From IMG/VR virus record IMGVR_UViG_3300046665_000548, positions 496,001 to 560,000 of that record: 64,000 nucleotides of DNA, one strand, 5' to 3'. Made by a program: the position numbers and the translations under genes. Below the pieces are notes generated by a model. The model did not search any database. It was given only the letters and a program-made list of their open reading frames with translations, and was not told where the DNA came from. Within the stretch, counting starts at the first letter, position 1. Every line of letters starts with the position of its first letter. Positions 28,077-35,638 of this stretch are shown here, in pieces.

Positions 28077-28090
28077 CAAATTTTGGTTAC

Positions 28091-28168
28091 GGGACGCTCC
28101 TCTAAACGGAATAGGAGCCCTCTTTTTCACAGAGGAGAATGTCGGTTCGAGTCCGACGCGTCCTGCCA
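28091..28168 (+). tRNA. tRNA-Glu(TTC)
   Basis: GGGACGC/GCGTCCT, CCTCT-TTTTCAC-AGAGG, TTCGAGT loop, CCA. Confidence 0.9.
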
Positions 28169-28169
28169 C

Positions 28170-28245
28170 GCATCCATCGGCTAAAGGTAAGGCCGCTCGC
28201 CTTTCAAGCGAGAAATCTAGGGTTCGAGTCCCAGTGGATGCACCA
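28170..28245 (+). tRNA. tRNA-Glu(TTC), imperfect T-stem
   Basis: GCATCCA/TGGATGC, CTCGC-CTTTCAA-GCGAG, CCA; unpaired A28219 in the T-stem. Confidence 0.9.
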
Positions 28246-28594
28246 CTCCCTGCGGCACCATCTCCGTGTGTCCAAAATGTTCCAGCCTGTGACAGCATGC
28301 ACAGAGGGTCATGAGGTTGGCCGGATCATTATTGCTGTGATTTCGATCAATATGATGAACATCCATTTGACACGTGTGTTTAGCAACAAATCCACACTCC
28401 TCGCAGATCATCCCCACTGATTTTCGGTATTTTGAGAAAGTCCTGTAGCCACTTTTCCGGTAGAGGCGGCTGTTACACGTACTACACATGGCACGAAAAG
28501 CACCATTGCCTTTGGGTTTCTGAGGATTTTTACTGCATACGACGCAAGTACCTTGGATGTGGGACGGTTCTGGTTTTCTGTGTTTCCATGTCAT
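28217..28594 (-). mobile_element. Free-standing HNH endonuclease with Zn fingers
   Basis: CVVC, CSTC, CEECG, MDVHHIDRNHSNNDPANLMTLCACCHRLEH; probable start ATG 28594, 5 nt after TATAAATA. Confidence 0.85.
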
Positions 28595-28606
28595 CTTTGT
28601 ATTTAT

Positions 28607-28637
28607 AAAAGGACCCGCATAATATGCAGGTCCTTTT
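28607..28637. terminator. Bidirectional terminator-like hairpin
   Basis: AAAAGGACC-CGCATAATATGCA-GGTCCTTTT. Confidence 0.6.
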
Positions 28638-28638
28638 G

Positions 28639-28667
28639 CTTGACACTTCTCCGATTCGTGGTAGATT
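28639..28667 (+). promoter_or_regulatory. Early-type promoter
   Basis: CTTGAC-N17-TAGATT. Confidence 0.75.
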
Positions 28668-28689
28668 GGGTTCATAGAGGAGAACGCGA

Positions 28690-28863
28690 ATGTCTGATTT
28701 TCACACCAATCTTCAAAGCCTTAACATTGGCATGGGTGAAAACAATTATGACCGTTACAAGCTGATCGCCCTCTATAAGAAGGAGATTGGTTCTTCTCCG
28801 AAGCGCGGTACCGCTATCGCGGTCATTGTGCAGGCAATCGTTGACCATCGGCGGGGGCAGTAA
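28690..28863 (+). CDS. Hypothetical protein (57 aa, not in ORF track)
   Basis: GAGGAG SD; MSDFHTNLQSLNIGMG...VDHRRGQ; TAATG overlap with the next gene. Confidence 0.65.
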   Translation: MSDFHTNLQSLNIGMGENNYDRYKLIALYKKEIGSSPKRGTAIAVIVQAIVDHRRGQ

Positions 28864-29225
28864 TGACCAAGATCACCATCGGCTATCACACGCGCCTCTA
28901 CGGGCAGAATTCCGTCAAGGTCACGGGCGGCGCTTTCGGCGGCTCACTCGATCTTGAGACGGCGAATCGTCTCGTCAAGCATCATTTCACCGTCATCGTG
29001 AAGCAGTCCGGCACCCCGGTATTTGTCGATAGGGAGGGCCGTGAGGTCACCCTGTATATCACGGTCGATCCCGGATCAACCGAGGCAGGCAAGCTGGCTA
29101 TTGCGGCGGACCGTGCAGAGCGTGACAATCGGGCGAAGATCGAGGACGAGAAGCGCGCTCGCGTTAATGAGTTGCTCGACGGTATGAGCATGGATGATGC
29201 GTTGAAGCTCCTAGGAGGGGCTTGA
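28863..29225 (+). CDS. Hypothetical protein
   Basis: 120 aa ORF, coupled start. Confidence 0.75.
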   Translation: MTKITIGYHTRLYGQNSVKVTGGAFGGSLDLETANRLVKHHFTVIVKQSGTPVFVDREGREVTLYITVDPGSTEAGKLAIAADRAERDNRAKIEDEKRARVNELLDGMSMDDALKLLGGA

Positions 29226-29249
29226 CATACTCCAAATCTATGGTAGATT
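29221..29249 (+). promoter_or_regulatory. Early-type promoter
   Basis: CTTGAC-N17-TAGATT; predicted +1 at 29256. Confidence 0.8.
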
Positions 29250-29255
29250 GAGTCT

Positions 29256-29436
29256 ATAGGGAAGTCGTTTTAAGGCTTAAAGATTCCGTGCGCGCTACGT
29301 TGTAGCAGACGGCGGCGATGTAGGTGTGAGCGGCCTACCTTCCCTAGCATTCCTGAGTGCAGCTAGCTGACTGGCTGTCGTACGAAAGCTAAACCATAAC
29401 AGCCTCCATGGTTTAGTTGCTGCACTCTGGAATGCT
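29256..29436 (+). ncRNA. Structured ncRNA or 5' leader of unknown family
   Basis: Closing stems TAGGGAAG/CTTCCCTA, AGCATTCC/GGAATGCT, GAGTGCAGC/GCTGCACTC; loop complement GGCTGT/ACAGCC. Confidence 0.7.
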
Positions 29437-29437
29437 C

Positions 29438-29485
29438 CTGAAAGAATAATTTCACTTAGACGTTTCCACTGAAAGAATAGTTTCA
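29438..29485. repeat. Two 17-bp imperfect palindromic direct repeats
   Basis: CTGAAAGAATAATTTCA (29438-54) and CTGAAAGAATAGTTTCA (29469-85). Confidence 0.8.
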
Positions 29486-29487
29486 GG

Positions 29488-29838
29488 ATGACTATGAAGC
29501 GCAAGCCAACGTTCGTATCCTTCTCGCTGAGCGACACCAACGGGCAATACGTCAATGGTGTCGCCATCGAGGTTGACCGCGTTGGCTTTCACGGCTTCTC
29601 GGATGACGGGCTATTGTTCGACATCTATTGGCAGGACGGTTTCGCGGAGCGGCGGGCGCTGAATGGACAGCGTTACGGGAGCTTTGAGATTGGCGAGCAG
29701 AAGGGCACCGTCGTCTCGTTCCTGATCCAGGGCGAATACCCGGCGAACCGTCTGATCACTCGTGAAGAATTTCACCGCATGTTCGGCGTCGAACGTGTTT
29801 GCAACGCCCTCGGGCATTTTACCATGGCGGGGCGATGA
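29488..29838 (+). CDS. Hypothetical early protein
   Basis: 116 aa ORF, first gene of a tightly coupled operon. Confidence 0.7.
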   Translation: MTMKRKPTFVSFSLSDTNGQYVNGVAIEVDRVGFHGFSDDGLLFDIYWQDGFAERRALNGQRYGSFEIGEQKGTVVSFLIQGEYPANRLITREEFHRMFGVERVCNALGHFTMAGR

Positions 29839-30179
29839 CCGTTATTCTCCAAAAGCGTCTCGCTCACAAAGAGTTTCAGACGGAGGTCACGGCTGCTCAG
29901 TGGTCCGACCTCCTTTCTCCTTTTCACGAAGCTACTCGGCACCACACGGCTAATCTTGCCGCTCATGGTTGGGACGTGATCCTTCTCGATCCAGCCTATC
30001 TCTTTGTGGGCTGCCAATGGTATCCCAAGTCGGATTGTTATTTTTTCACGCCGCACGATCCGGGTACTCGCAAGTACACCACGCTTCGGCAGCTTTCTCC
30101 GGAAGAGCATGCTAAGCTCTACCCTACCAAGCTGCTCGATCTTGCTGCTCTCGAAACTCTCTATGGAGAGATCATCTGA
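29835..30179 (+). CDS. Hypothetical early protein
   Basis: ATGA-coupled start at 29835. Confidence 0.7.
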   Translation: MTVILQKRLAHKEFQTEVTAAQWSDLLSPFHEATRHHTANLAAHGWDVILLDPAYLFVGCQWYPKSDCYFFTPHDPGTRKYTTLRQLSPEEHAKLYPTKLLDLAALETLYGEII

Positions 30180-30502
30180 TGCCCCGTTATGCTTTCTCTT
30201 GGCCGCGTTTGAACGGAGATCAGCCGACGACTTGCGTCCGCCAAGCGGAGACTCTGCGCGAGGCCGTGATCGCGGCCATGCGCGACCATGGCTCGGCCCT
30301 CAACGGCTGTTCCGTGTTCGTGGATGGCAGCGCCAAGGCCGTTGCTAAGATGGAATGGCGCTGGCCCGGCCCAGTGGTGAATTTCGGTGAGGATCGTGTC
30401 CGCGTTCGACTGGCCCCGGCCGGTTCATGGCAGGGCGCACGCGAAGCTCTCGATTACAAGCATGCACGATATGAGGATCATCATCATGAAGCGCGAAAGT
30501 GA
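30179..30502 (+). CDS. Hypothetical early protein
   Basis: TGATG-coupled ORF, 107 aa. Confidence 0.65.
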   Translation: MPRYAFSWPRLNGDQPTTCVRQAETLREAVIAAMRDHGSALNGCSVFVDGSAKAVAKMEWRWPGPVVNFGEDRVRVRLAPAGSWQGAREALDYKHARYEDHHHEARK

Positions 30503-30704
30503 ATACGCCGTCTACATGACGGACACGGACGGCTCTGAACGGAAGGCTTGCACGGTCACCGCCAAAAGCGAAGGCCACGCAAAAGCAATCGCACGCCACC
30601 TGGGCCACACTCGGCTGACCAGCGCCGAACCGGATGTAACCACGATGACCCCGGAAGCACTGGAACTGCATCTCTATGCCAAACACGGAAAGCAAGCCCC
30701 ATGA
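30486..30704 (+). CDS. Hypothetical early protein
   Basis: GAGGA SD before ATG 30486. Confidence 0.65.
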   Translation: MKRESEYAVYMTDTDGSERKACTVTAKSEGHAKAIARHLGHTRLTSAEPDVTTMTPEALELHLYAKHGKQAP

Positions 30705-30931
30705 GTGAGATTCGCGGTTACGACGCCAATGGCAAGCTTCTGTTCACCGATAAGGCATCAACCGTGATGCGTATTTCGGTAGCAGCGGCGGCGAATCAAC
30801 GAACCATTATTAAGCACCTGAACACGCTCGGCCCGAAGCTGATTCGAGCGGAGATCACCCGCCCAAATGGCCATGTCACGAAGCTCCAGGTTCACCCGAA
30901 TGGGTTGCTGGACCTTCTTCTCGAAGGATAA
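30701..30931 (+). CDS. Hypothetical early protein
   Basis: ATGA-coupled start. Confidence 0.65.
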   Translation: MSEIRGYDANGKLLFTDKASTVMRISVAAAANQRTIIKHLNTLGPKLIRAEITRPNGHVTKLQVHPNGLLDLLLEG

Positions 30932-30943
30932 GGGAACCCCGCG

Positions 30944-31231
30944 ATGTCCGCGATTTTCCTTCTAGCACCTATGATCGCGCCGGAGCCCTATTCGGGAGAC
31001 GACTTTCCCCCGTATCCGGACCTGGATGCGGCGGAATCGTTCGGGTCTCGGGAGGCCGCTATTGGTCATCTGAGCAATACTGCTCGACGCCGCACCGCAG
31101 AAGGTCTATTTGGTTATAGCTATTCGGTCGAGGAAATTAGCCACGACACGGTGCGCCTGCGAGCGGTCAGCGACCGTTCTCCGGAAACTGTTTTCGAATA
31201 CACAGTTCGTTCGATCATCTTCCACAAGTAG
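30944..31231 (+). CDS. Hypothetical early protein
   Basis: 95 aa ORF tiling the operon. Confidence 0.65.
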   Translation: MSAIFLLAPMIAPEPYSGDDFPPYPDLDAAESFGSREAAIGHLSNTARRRTAEGLFGYSYSVEEISHDTVRLRAVSDRSPETVFEYTVRSIIFHK

Positions 31232-31243
31232 GGGCATCACCAA

Positions 31244-31468
31244 ATGGCAAAATCTCGCATCACATTCGAGGTCGATCATACTCAGTTATTCGACGGGGTG
31301 TCCAAGGTCGGCACGGCCGGGGTTGGCGAACGTCTGATTGGAGCTTTTCTCATTCCGGCGCACGTCAGCACTGCGGAAGCCATCGGGTTGGCTGTCTATG
31401 GAATCACGGTCGTCAACTCAGAACCAGTGGCCGAAGACGAACCGGCCGCAAGCGCGAGAAACGCCTAA
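31244..31468 (+). CDS. Hypothetical early protein
   Basis: 74 aa ORF tiling the operon. Confidence 0.65.
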   Translation: MAKSRITFEVDHTQLFDGVSKVGTAGVGERLIGAFLIPAHVSTAEAIGLAVYGITVVNSEPVAEDEPAASARNA

Positions 31469-31469
31469 C

Positions 31470-31682
31470 ATGCTCTTATTGGCGGCTGTCACATACATCA
31501 AGCTGTTCTCGGCGGCCCATGCGCTGGTTTACACGTATGGGCCGTACAAATACTCTCTAAAAGAGTGCGAGGCCCAGGTCGAGCTATTGGTGCGCATGAT
31601 CATGTTGCCACCAGTCGATCCGGAATTTACTGGCGCGACCTTCCAATGTTTCAAAAATAAGACTGCACGGAAATCCAAGTGA
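31470..31682 (+). CDS. Small exported protein
   Basis: Signal-like N-terminus MLLLAAVTYIKLFSAAHA; two Cys. Confidence 0.55.
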   Translation: MLLLAAVTYIKLFSAAHALVYTYGPYKYSLKECEAQVELLVRMIMLPPVDPEFTGATFQCFKNKTARKSK

Positions 31683-32350
31683 ACGAGCTTATCGAGACCA
31701 AAGAACTTGTTTACTCAATCAGACATCCCGTCTCAGGACTGTTCTGGAATGGAAGCACCCACGAGCCCAAATTCTTTCCAAAACCTCACCGATGGGCCAA
31801 GCTATCTGATGTGAAGCGCCGCTATGCGGATTACCTTGTCGCGTTGGAAACCAAGGACGAGGGAACGCGATATAGGCGTCCAGGCGCTTGGGATGACTGC
31901 CCTCCGTATCTGATTCTGGTGACCGAGCAGATCACGTCTACACCGCTGTCGTCAGAATCTTTGTCGCCAATCGACGGGGATAATCTTGTCTTGGCGAAAG
32001 CGAAATCAATCTTATGCGATAACCGCGCCGACTATGACAATTACCATCATCTTGTTCGGACTAGTGGTGCTTCGGCCTACCAGTTCATGGTTCAGCCGAA
32101 ATGGGATTTTCTGCAAACTCTCATCCAAAAGCAAAAAGTCTCTCGGTCCGCGAAGAGAGCATCAACCGAACAAGACGGCGAAACGCTGGTCGATCTAGTT
32201 AAAAAGCTTGGGCATCAGCGCGCCCGAGTAGTCGGCTGGTCGATATTTGTAAAAGATCAAAAAGACTTGCTGATGCTCAAAATGCAGGGGCACGTCGATA
32301 TTGATTACGTCTATGATCTGTTTTCGATGGAAAAAGTTGGTTCCGGTTAG
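31679..32350 (+). CDS. Hypothetical protein with FKL-like C-terminal module
   Basis: 223 aa; ends SIFVKDQKDLLMLKMQG... Confidence 0.75.
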   Translation: MNELIETKELVYSIRHPVSGLFWNGSTHEPKFFPKPHRWAKLSDVKRRYADYLVALETKDEGTRYRRPGAWDDCPPYLILVTEQITSTPLSSESLSPIDGDNLVLAKAKSILCDNRADYDNYHHLVRTSGASAYQFMVQPKWDFLQTLIQKQKVSRSAKRASTEQDGETLVDLVKKLGHQRARVVGWSIFVKDQKDLLMLKMQGHVDIDYVYDLFSMEKVGSG

Positions 32351-32946
32351 GACCGGAACACCTTGACTGGATTACCGCGCTCGATCTGATCGTGCGCTTT
32401 CCAGGCTTCCTCCAGAATAGTGCCGCGATCCATCTCGTTCTTGATCTCCAGAAGCTCTCCTAGACGCTGTACGGCGACCTTTTTGTTCTGGTGCTGAGAT
32501 CGCCCATCGCGCACCACGACGCGCATGCCGCTCGGCACATGCGTGGCTCTCACCGCGCTATCCGTAACGTTCTGGTGCTGCCCGCCAGGGCCACCAGCGC
32601 GAAATGCTTCGAAGCGGATGTCCTCAGGCTTGATCGTCTGCGTTGCAGGTGCGTTTGGAAGCTCGGTGATGGAAACGAACCAATTCTTCCGCTTATGTCC
32701 CGGACGTATGGTGCTTTGTGCGATCCACTGGACCGAACCAAGCCATCCTTGAGCGAAGCTACTGGAGCTTTCGCCTTCAAGCATGACCACGACGGAACCC
32801 GGCCCGTGCTTGTCCGGTGCCTTGCCCTCAACTACGGAGGTCGTCAGGTCATTCTCGCTGGCATCCTTACAGAGCCTCTTTACGATCTCTGCCACGGCAA
32901 GACGGCATTCGGCCGGGCCACGCCCGCTTGTGATGATCAGGTTCAT
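32347..32946 (-). CDS. prfH: Peptide chain release factor homolog H
   Basis: ITSGRGPAECRLAV, GSVQWIAQSTIRPGHKRKNWF, GGPGGQHQNVTDSAVRATH. Confidence 0.93.
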   Translation of the reverse strand: MNLIITSGRGPAECRLAVAEIVKRLCKDASENDLTTSVVEGKAPDKHGPGSVVVMLEGESSSSFAQGWLGSVQWIAQSTIRPGHKRKNWFVSITELPNAPATQTIKPEDIRFEAFRAGGPGGQHQNVTDSAVRATHVPSGMRVVVRDGRSQHQNKKVAVQRLGELLEIKNEMDRGTILEEAWKAHDQIERGNPVKVFRS

Positions 32947-33173
32947 GACGGTTGACTCACCTCAACCTTATCTCCGTCGAGCGTCACGTATTCATCGTTG
33001 TCCCACAGCACGGGCATCATCCCCACGTGTCCGTGCAGAATAGCTTCAAACGACAACAGTAGGCTTACCGAATTAGGCGAAGCAATTACAACGGCTGCCT
33101 CAAGGGTTCTCCCTTCGGCCAAAATCGTTACGGTATCGCCCGTGTGGATATTCGGAGGTAATTTATTCACCAA
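32943..33173 (-). CDS. Hypothetical protein
   Basis: 76 aa, coupled within the rtcB-prfH operon. Confidence 0.65.
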   Translation of the reverse strand: MVNKLPPNIHTGDTVTILAEGRTLEAAVVIASPNSVSLLLSFEAILHGHVGMMPVLWDNDEYVTLDGDKVEVSQPS

Positions 33174-33975
33174 AGCATTCCTTATAGGCCGCAGCCGCCA
33201 CGGCTTCTACGATCTTCGTGGTGTCACACGCGTAGAGCCCTGATGACGAGAACGCGTTAAGCTCAACCACCTTGGCACCCAGTTCGGTCATCGCCACATC
33301 ACAGACATACACCGTATCGGCTTGCCATTCCATGTCAGCAACTTTTTGCGCCATGACATCGCATTCCGGTAAGGTATCGCGGCGAACATCCAGAACGTTA
33401 TCCCAACGATATTCCGATCCGGTCACTACCTTTTTGTCCGCGATGACATATCGGAACTCGGATTGAATTTTACGGGGCGTCGCAACTACACAGAGCGTAT
33501 CAGGATCGATGACGTGCCCTTGGGTGATTTTAAACATGTCATCACCCTTACTGGGATCAATGACCTGCCCGACGAACTCTTTCAGCCCTGATAGAGGTTT
33601 AGCGAAGATCATCTCATTGAGGGATGACAGATCAATGTACGGGATGATCCGGTAGTCCGAGTTCACTAGATTGTCTCGTCCGATGTGAGCGGCAAACTTG
33701 TGAAACAACTTCACCTTATCATTGAAGTACAATCCTGGCATCCACGATCTGCCGAATTGCCGTTCGACCTGCTTACAGAACTGGATCGTACCGTGCGTGA
33801 CCACAAAAGACTTGTCACCGAATTTGGTTTGGATCGGTTCTCCACGACCCGCGTAGTAAACCACATCGACCTCATGGCCTTGTTGTATCGCAGCATCGGC
33901 CAGCGATGGAAAGCCGGTTTTGTACTGGTTTTCAGTCAGTCGCTCATCAATTAGCCAATGGAGGGTATCAACCAT
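33163..33975 (-). CDS. ATP-grasp-like domain protein
   Basis: FAKPLSGLKEF.G, IQSEFRYVI, VYVCDVA, VVELNAFSSSGLY; start at the internal Met 33975. Confidence 0.75.
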   Translation of the reverse strand: MVDTLHWLIDERLTENQYKTGFPSLADAAIQQGHEVDVVYYAGRGEPIQTKFGDKSFVVTHGTIQFCKQVERQFGRSWMPGLYFNDKVKLFHKFAAHIGRDNLVNSDYRIIPYIDLSSLNEMIFAKPLSGLKEFVGQVIDPSKGDDMFKITQGHVIDPDTLCVVATPRKIQSEFRYVIADKKVVTGSEYRWDNVLDVRRDTLPECDVMAQKVADMEWQADTVYVCDVAMTELGAKVVELNAFSSSGLYACDTTKIVEAVAAAAYKECFGE

Positions 33976-34198
33976 TCTGAAATACTCTTGCGTTTTCTCG
34001 AACAAGGCTGACGGCCTTATCGATATAGTCGTTCCAGCGAACAGCACTTAGGTCAAGTACCGTAGTGAATTCGCTCTCTAACTCCCACCTGCGACACGTA
34101 ATTCGTCCGAGACCGCTCATCTTGGTGATCCACCAATATTGGCCACCCGCGAAAAGCATGCAGTGATCGTTTTGCTGTTCCATTATTTGAGTATCCAA
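33968..34198 (-). CDS. Hypothetical protein
   Basis: ORF filling the gap in the operon; start uncertain. Confidence 0.5.
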   Translation of the reverse strand: MDTQIMEQQNDHCMLFAGGQYWWITKMSGLGRITCRRWELESEFTTVLDLSAVRWNDYIDKAVSLVRENARVFQNG

Positions 34199-34255
34199 AG
34201 AACAAGCGCGAGGACAAGAACAACCGGAACCGCATATAGAAAGATGAAAGCAGGA

Positions 34256-34429
34256 TTACCTTGGTGCATTGCGAACATCCTCAATTGTCATCACGTCGAT
34301 CCATTGAAAATTCCAACGCAGAAAAGCTTTCTCATCATCGGTCATGTTCCGAATGTTCATCCATTCCTCGGCCGCATCTTTATCTTCGACCAGCACGATG
34401 GGAGACACGCCCAGACTGAGGACACGCAT
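34256..34429 (-). CDS. Hypothetical protein
   Basis: TAATG-coupled to the rtcB stop. Confidence 0.55.
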   Translation of the reverse strand: MRVLSLGVSPIVLVEDKDAAEEWMNIRNMTDDEKAFLRWNFQWIDVMTIEDVRNAPR

Positions 34430-35574
34430 TACTTGTCCTTCCAACTTTTGTTCTTCTCGGCCGCTGCTGACTGCGCCGTCTTGAACGTCACTAGCGGTCG
34501 GAAGGTAGCGACGACCTTGACCAGACCGAACGCCACTAGATCATTGATCACGCGGTCGATATTCTTGTACGCGTCGCCTGCCTCTTCCATCAACAGATTA
34601 CGATCCTCGCAAACAACAATGCCTCCGAAAGGATTTTTGGCCATCTTTTCGCGAACCGATTTGACGTTCTGCACGCGGCCATGCATGGACCCGCGATCAT
34701 ATTTGCGCCCAGCACCGTGAGCCAATGACGTAAGCGAATCAGCGGTAGCCGTATCAAGTGGCTGCACGAGATAAGACAGTGTTTCCCGAGACCCAGGAAT
34801 CGGCACAAGTCCGCGATCAGAAGGAGCCGCGCCTTTGCGATGTAGCACGCGCTCATCTTCGGTAAGTTCGAGGAAGTTATGACTGAGATCGGCAATTGGT
34901 GTGATCACGCCACGGGCCGCTTCCGCTGCTCGCTCAGCGATGATCTGGCGGTTTAGTTCTGCCCAATCCACCGCGTGTTTGTGGTCAGTCAGGTAGCGCC
35001 CACCATCTTCGGAATCTACCTGAAGGGTCGTTACGTTTTTTGCAAGGAGGCTTTCCAAAACAGAATAGCCAAGAGCCCGCGACCCGGAGTGGACCAACAC
35101 GAACACCATGTCGGCGTCGAGGTTCGCTTTTGAGGCTGCTTCTTTGTCAAAAATCTCATGGATGGCTTGCAGTTCGCAAAAATGGTTTCCGCCGCCGATG
35201 GTCCCAAGGCCCCCATCGTACGGAGATGGACGAAACCCCCATTGTTCAGTTCGGTGACGGTGATCGCCACTCCAAGGTTCGTCCAGGTCCTTTAGACGTT
35301 CCGCAACCTTATCTGCTCGAAGCTTTCGGTGCTTCAGGTCGGTCATGAAGAGACCCATCCCGCAGCCAATATCGGAACCGACGATGCGTGGATGAATTTG
35401 CGTGCTCAGCATCCCACAACCCACCGGGCCATATTTTCCCGGATGCAAATCAGGCATGGCGGCCACCGCCTGAACCGTCTCGGTATCGGCAAGCTGCTCA
35501 AGCTGGCGCTCGGCGGCCCCTTCGATCCAGGCGCGGTCAGAGAAAAATCGGTTAATTGGTGCTCGTTGATTCAT
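34429..35574 (-). CDS. rtcB: RtcB-family RNA ligase, PrfH-coupled (RtcB2) type
   Basis: AMPDLHPGKYGPVG, GSDIGCG, GTIGGGNHFCE, VHSGSR, HRKGA, LAHGAGRK, EEAGDAYK. Confidence 0.93.
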   Translation of the reverse strand: MNQRAPINRFFSDRAWIEGAAERQLEQLADTETVQAVAAMPDLHPGKYGPVGCGMLSTQIHPRIVGSDIGCGMGLFMTDLKHRKLRADKVAERLKDLDEPWSGDHRHRTEQWGFRPSPYDGGLGTIGGGNHFCELQAIHEIFDKEAASKANLDADMVFVLVHSGSRALGYSVLESLLAKNVTTLQVDSEDGGRYLTDHKHAVDWAELNRQIIAERAAEAARGVITPIADLSHNFLELTEDERVLHRKGAAPSDRGLVPIPGSRETLSYLVQPLDTATADSLTSLAHGAGRKYDRGSMHGRVQNVKSVREKMAKNPFGGIVVCEDRNLLMEEAGDAYKNIDRVINDLVAFGLVKVVATFRPLVTFKTAQSAAAEKNKSWKDK

Positions 35575-35638
35575 CCAAAAGCAGTATAGACGAAAACGTA
35601 ATCCGTCAATCGTGAGCTATAGGATCGTCTTCTATAGC

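Noticed and set aside
29256-29270. ATAGGGAAG, resembling the start of a cobalamin riboswitch
   Set aside because: The GCCACTG and GGGAAGG B12-box elements are absent, so it was kept as an unknown RNA.
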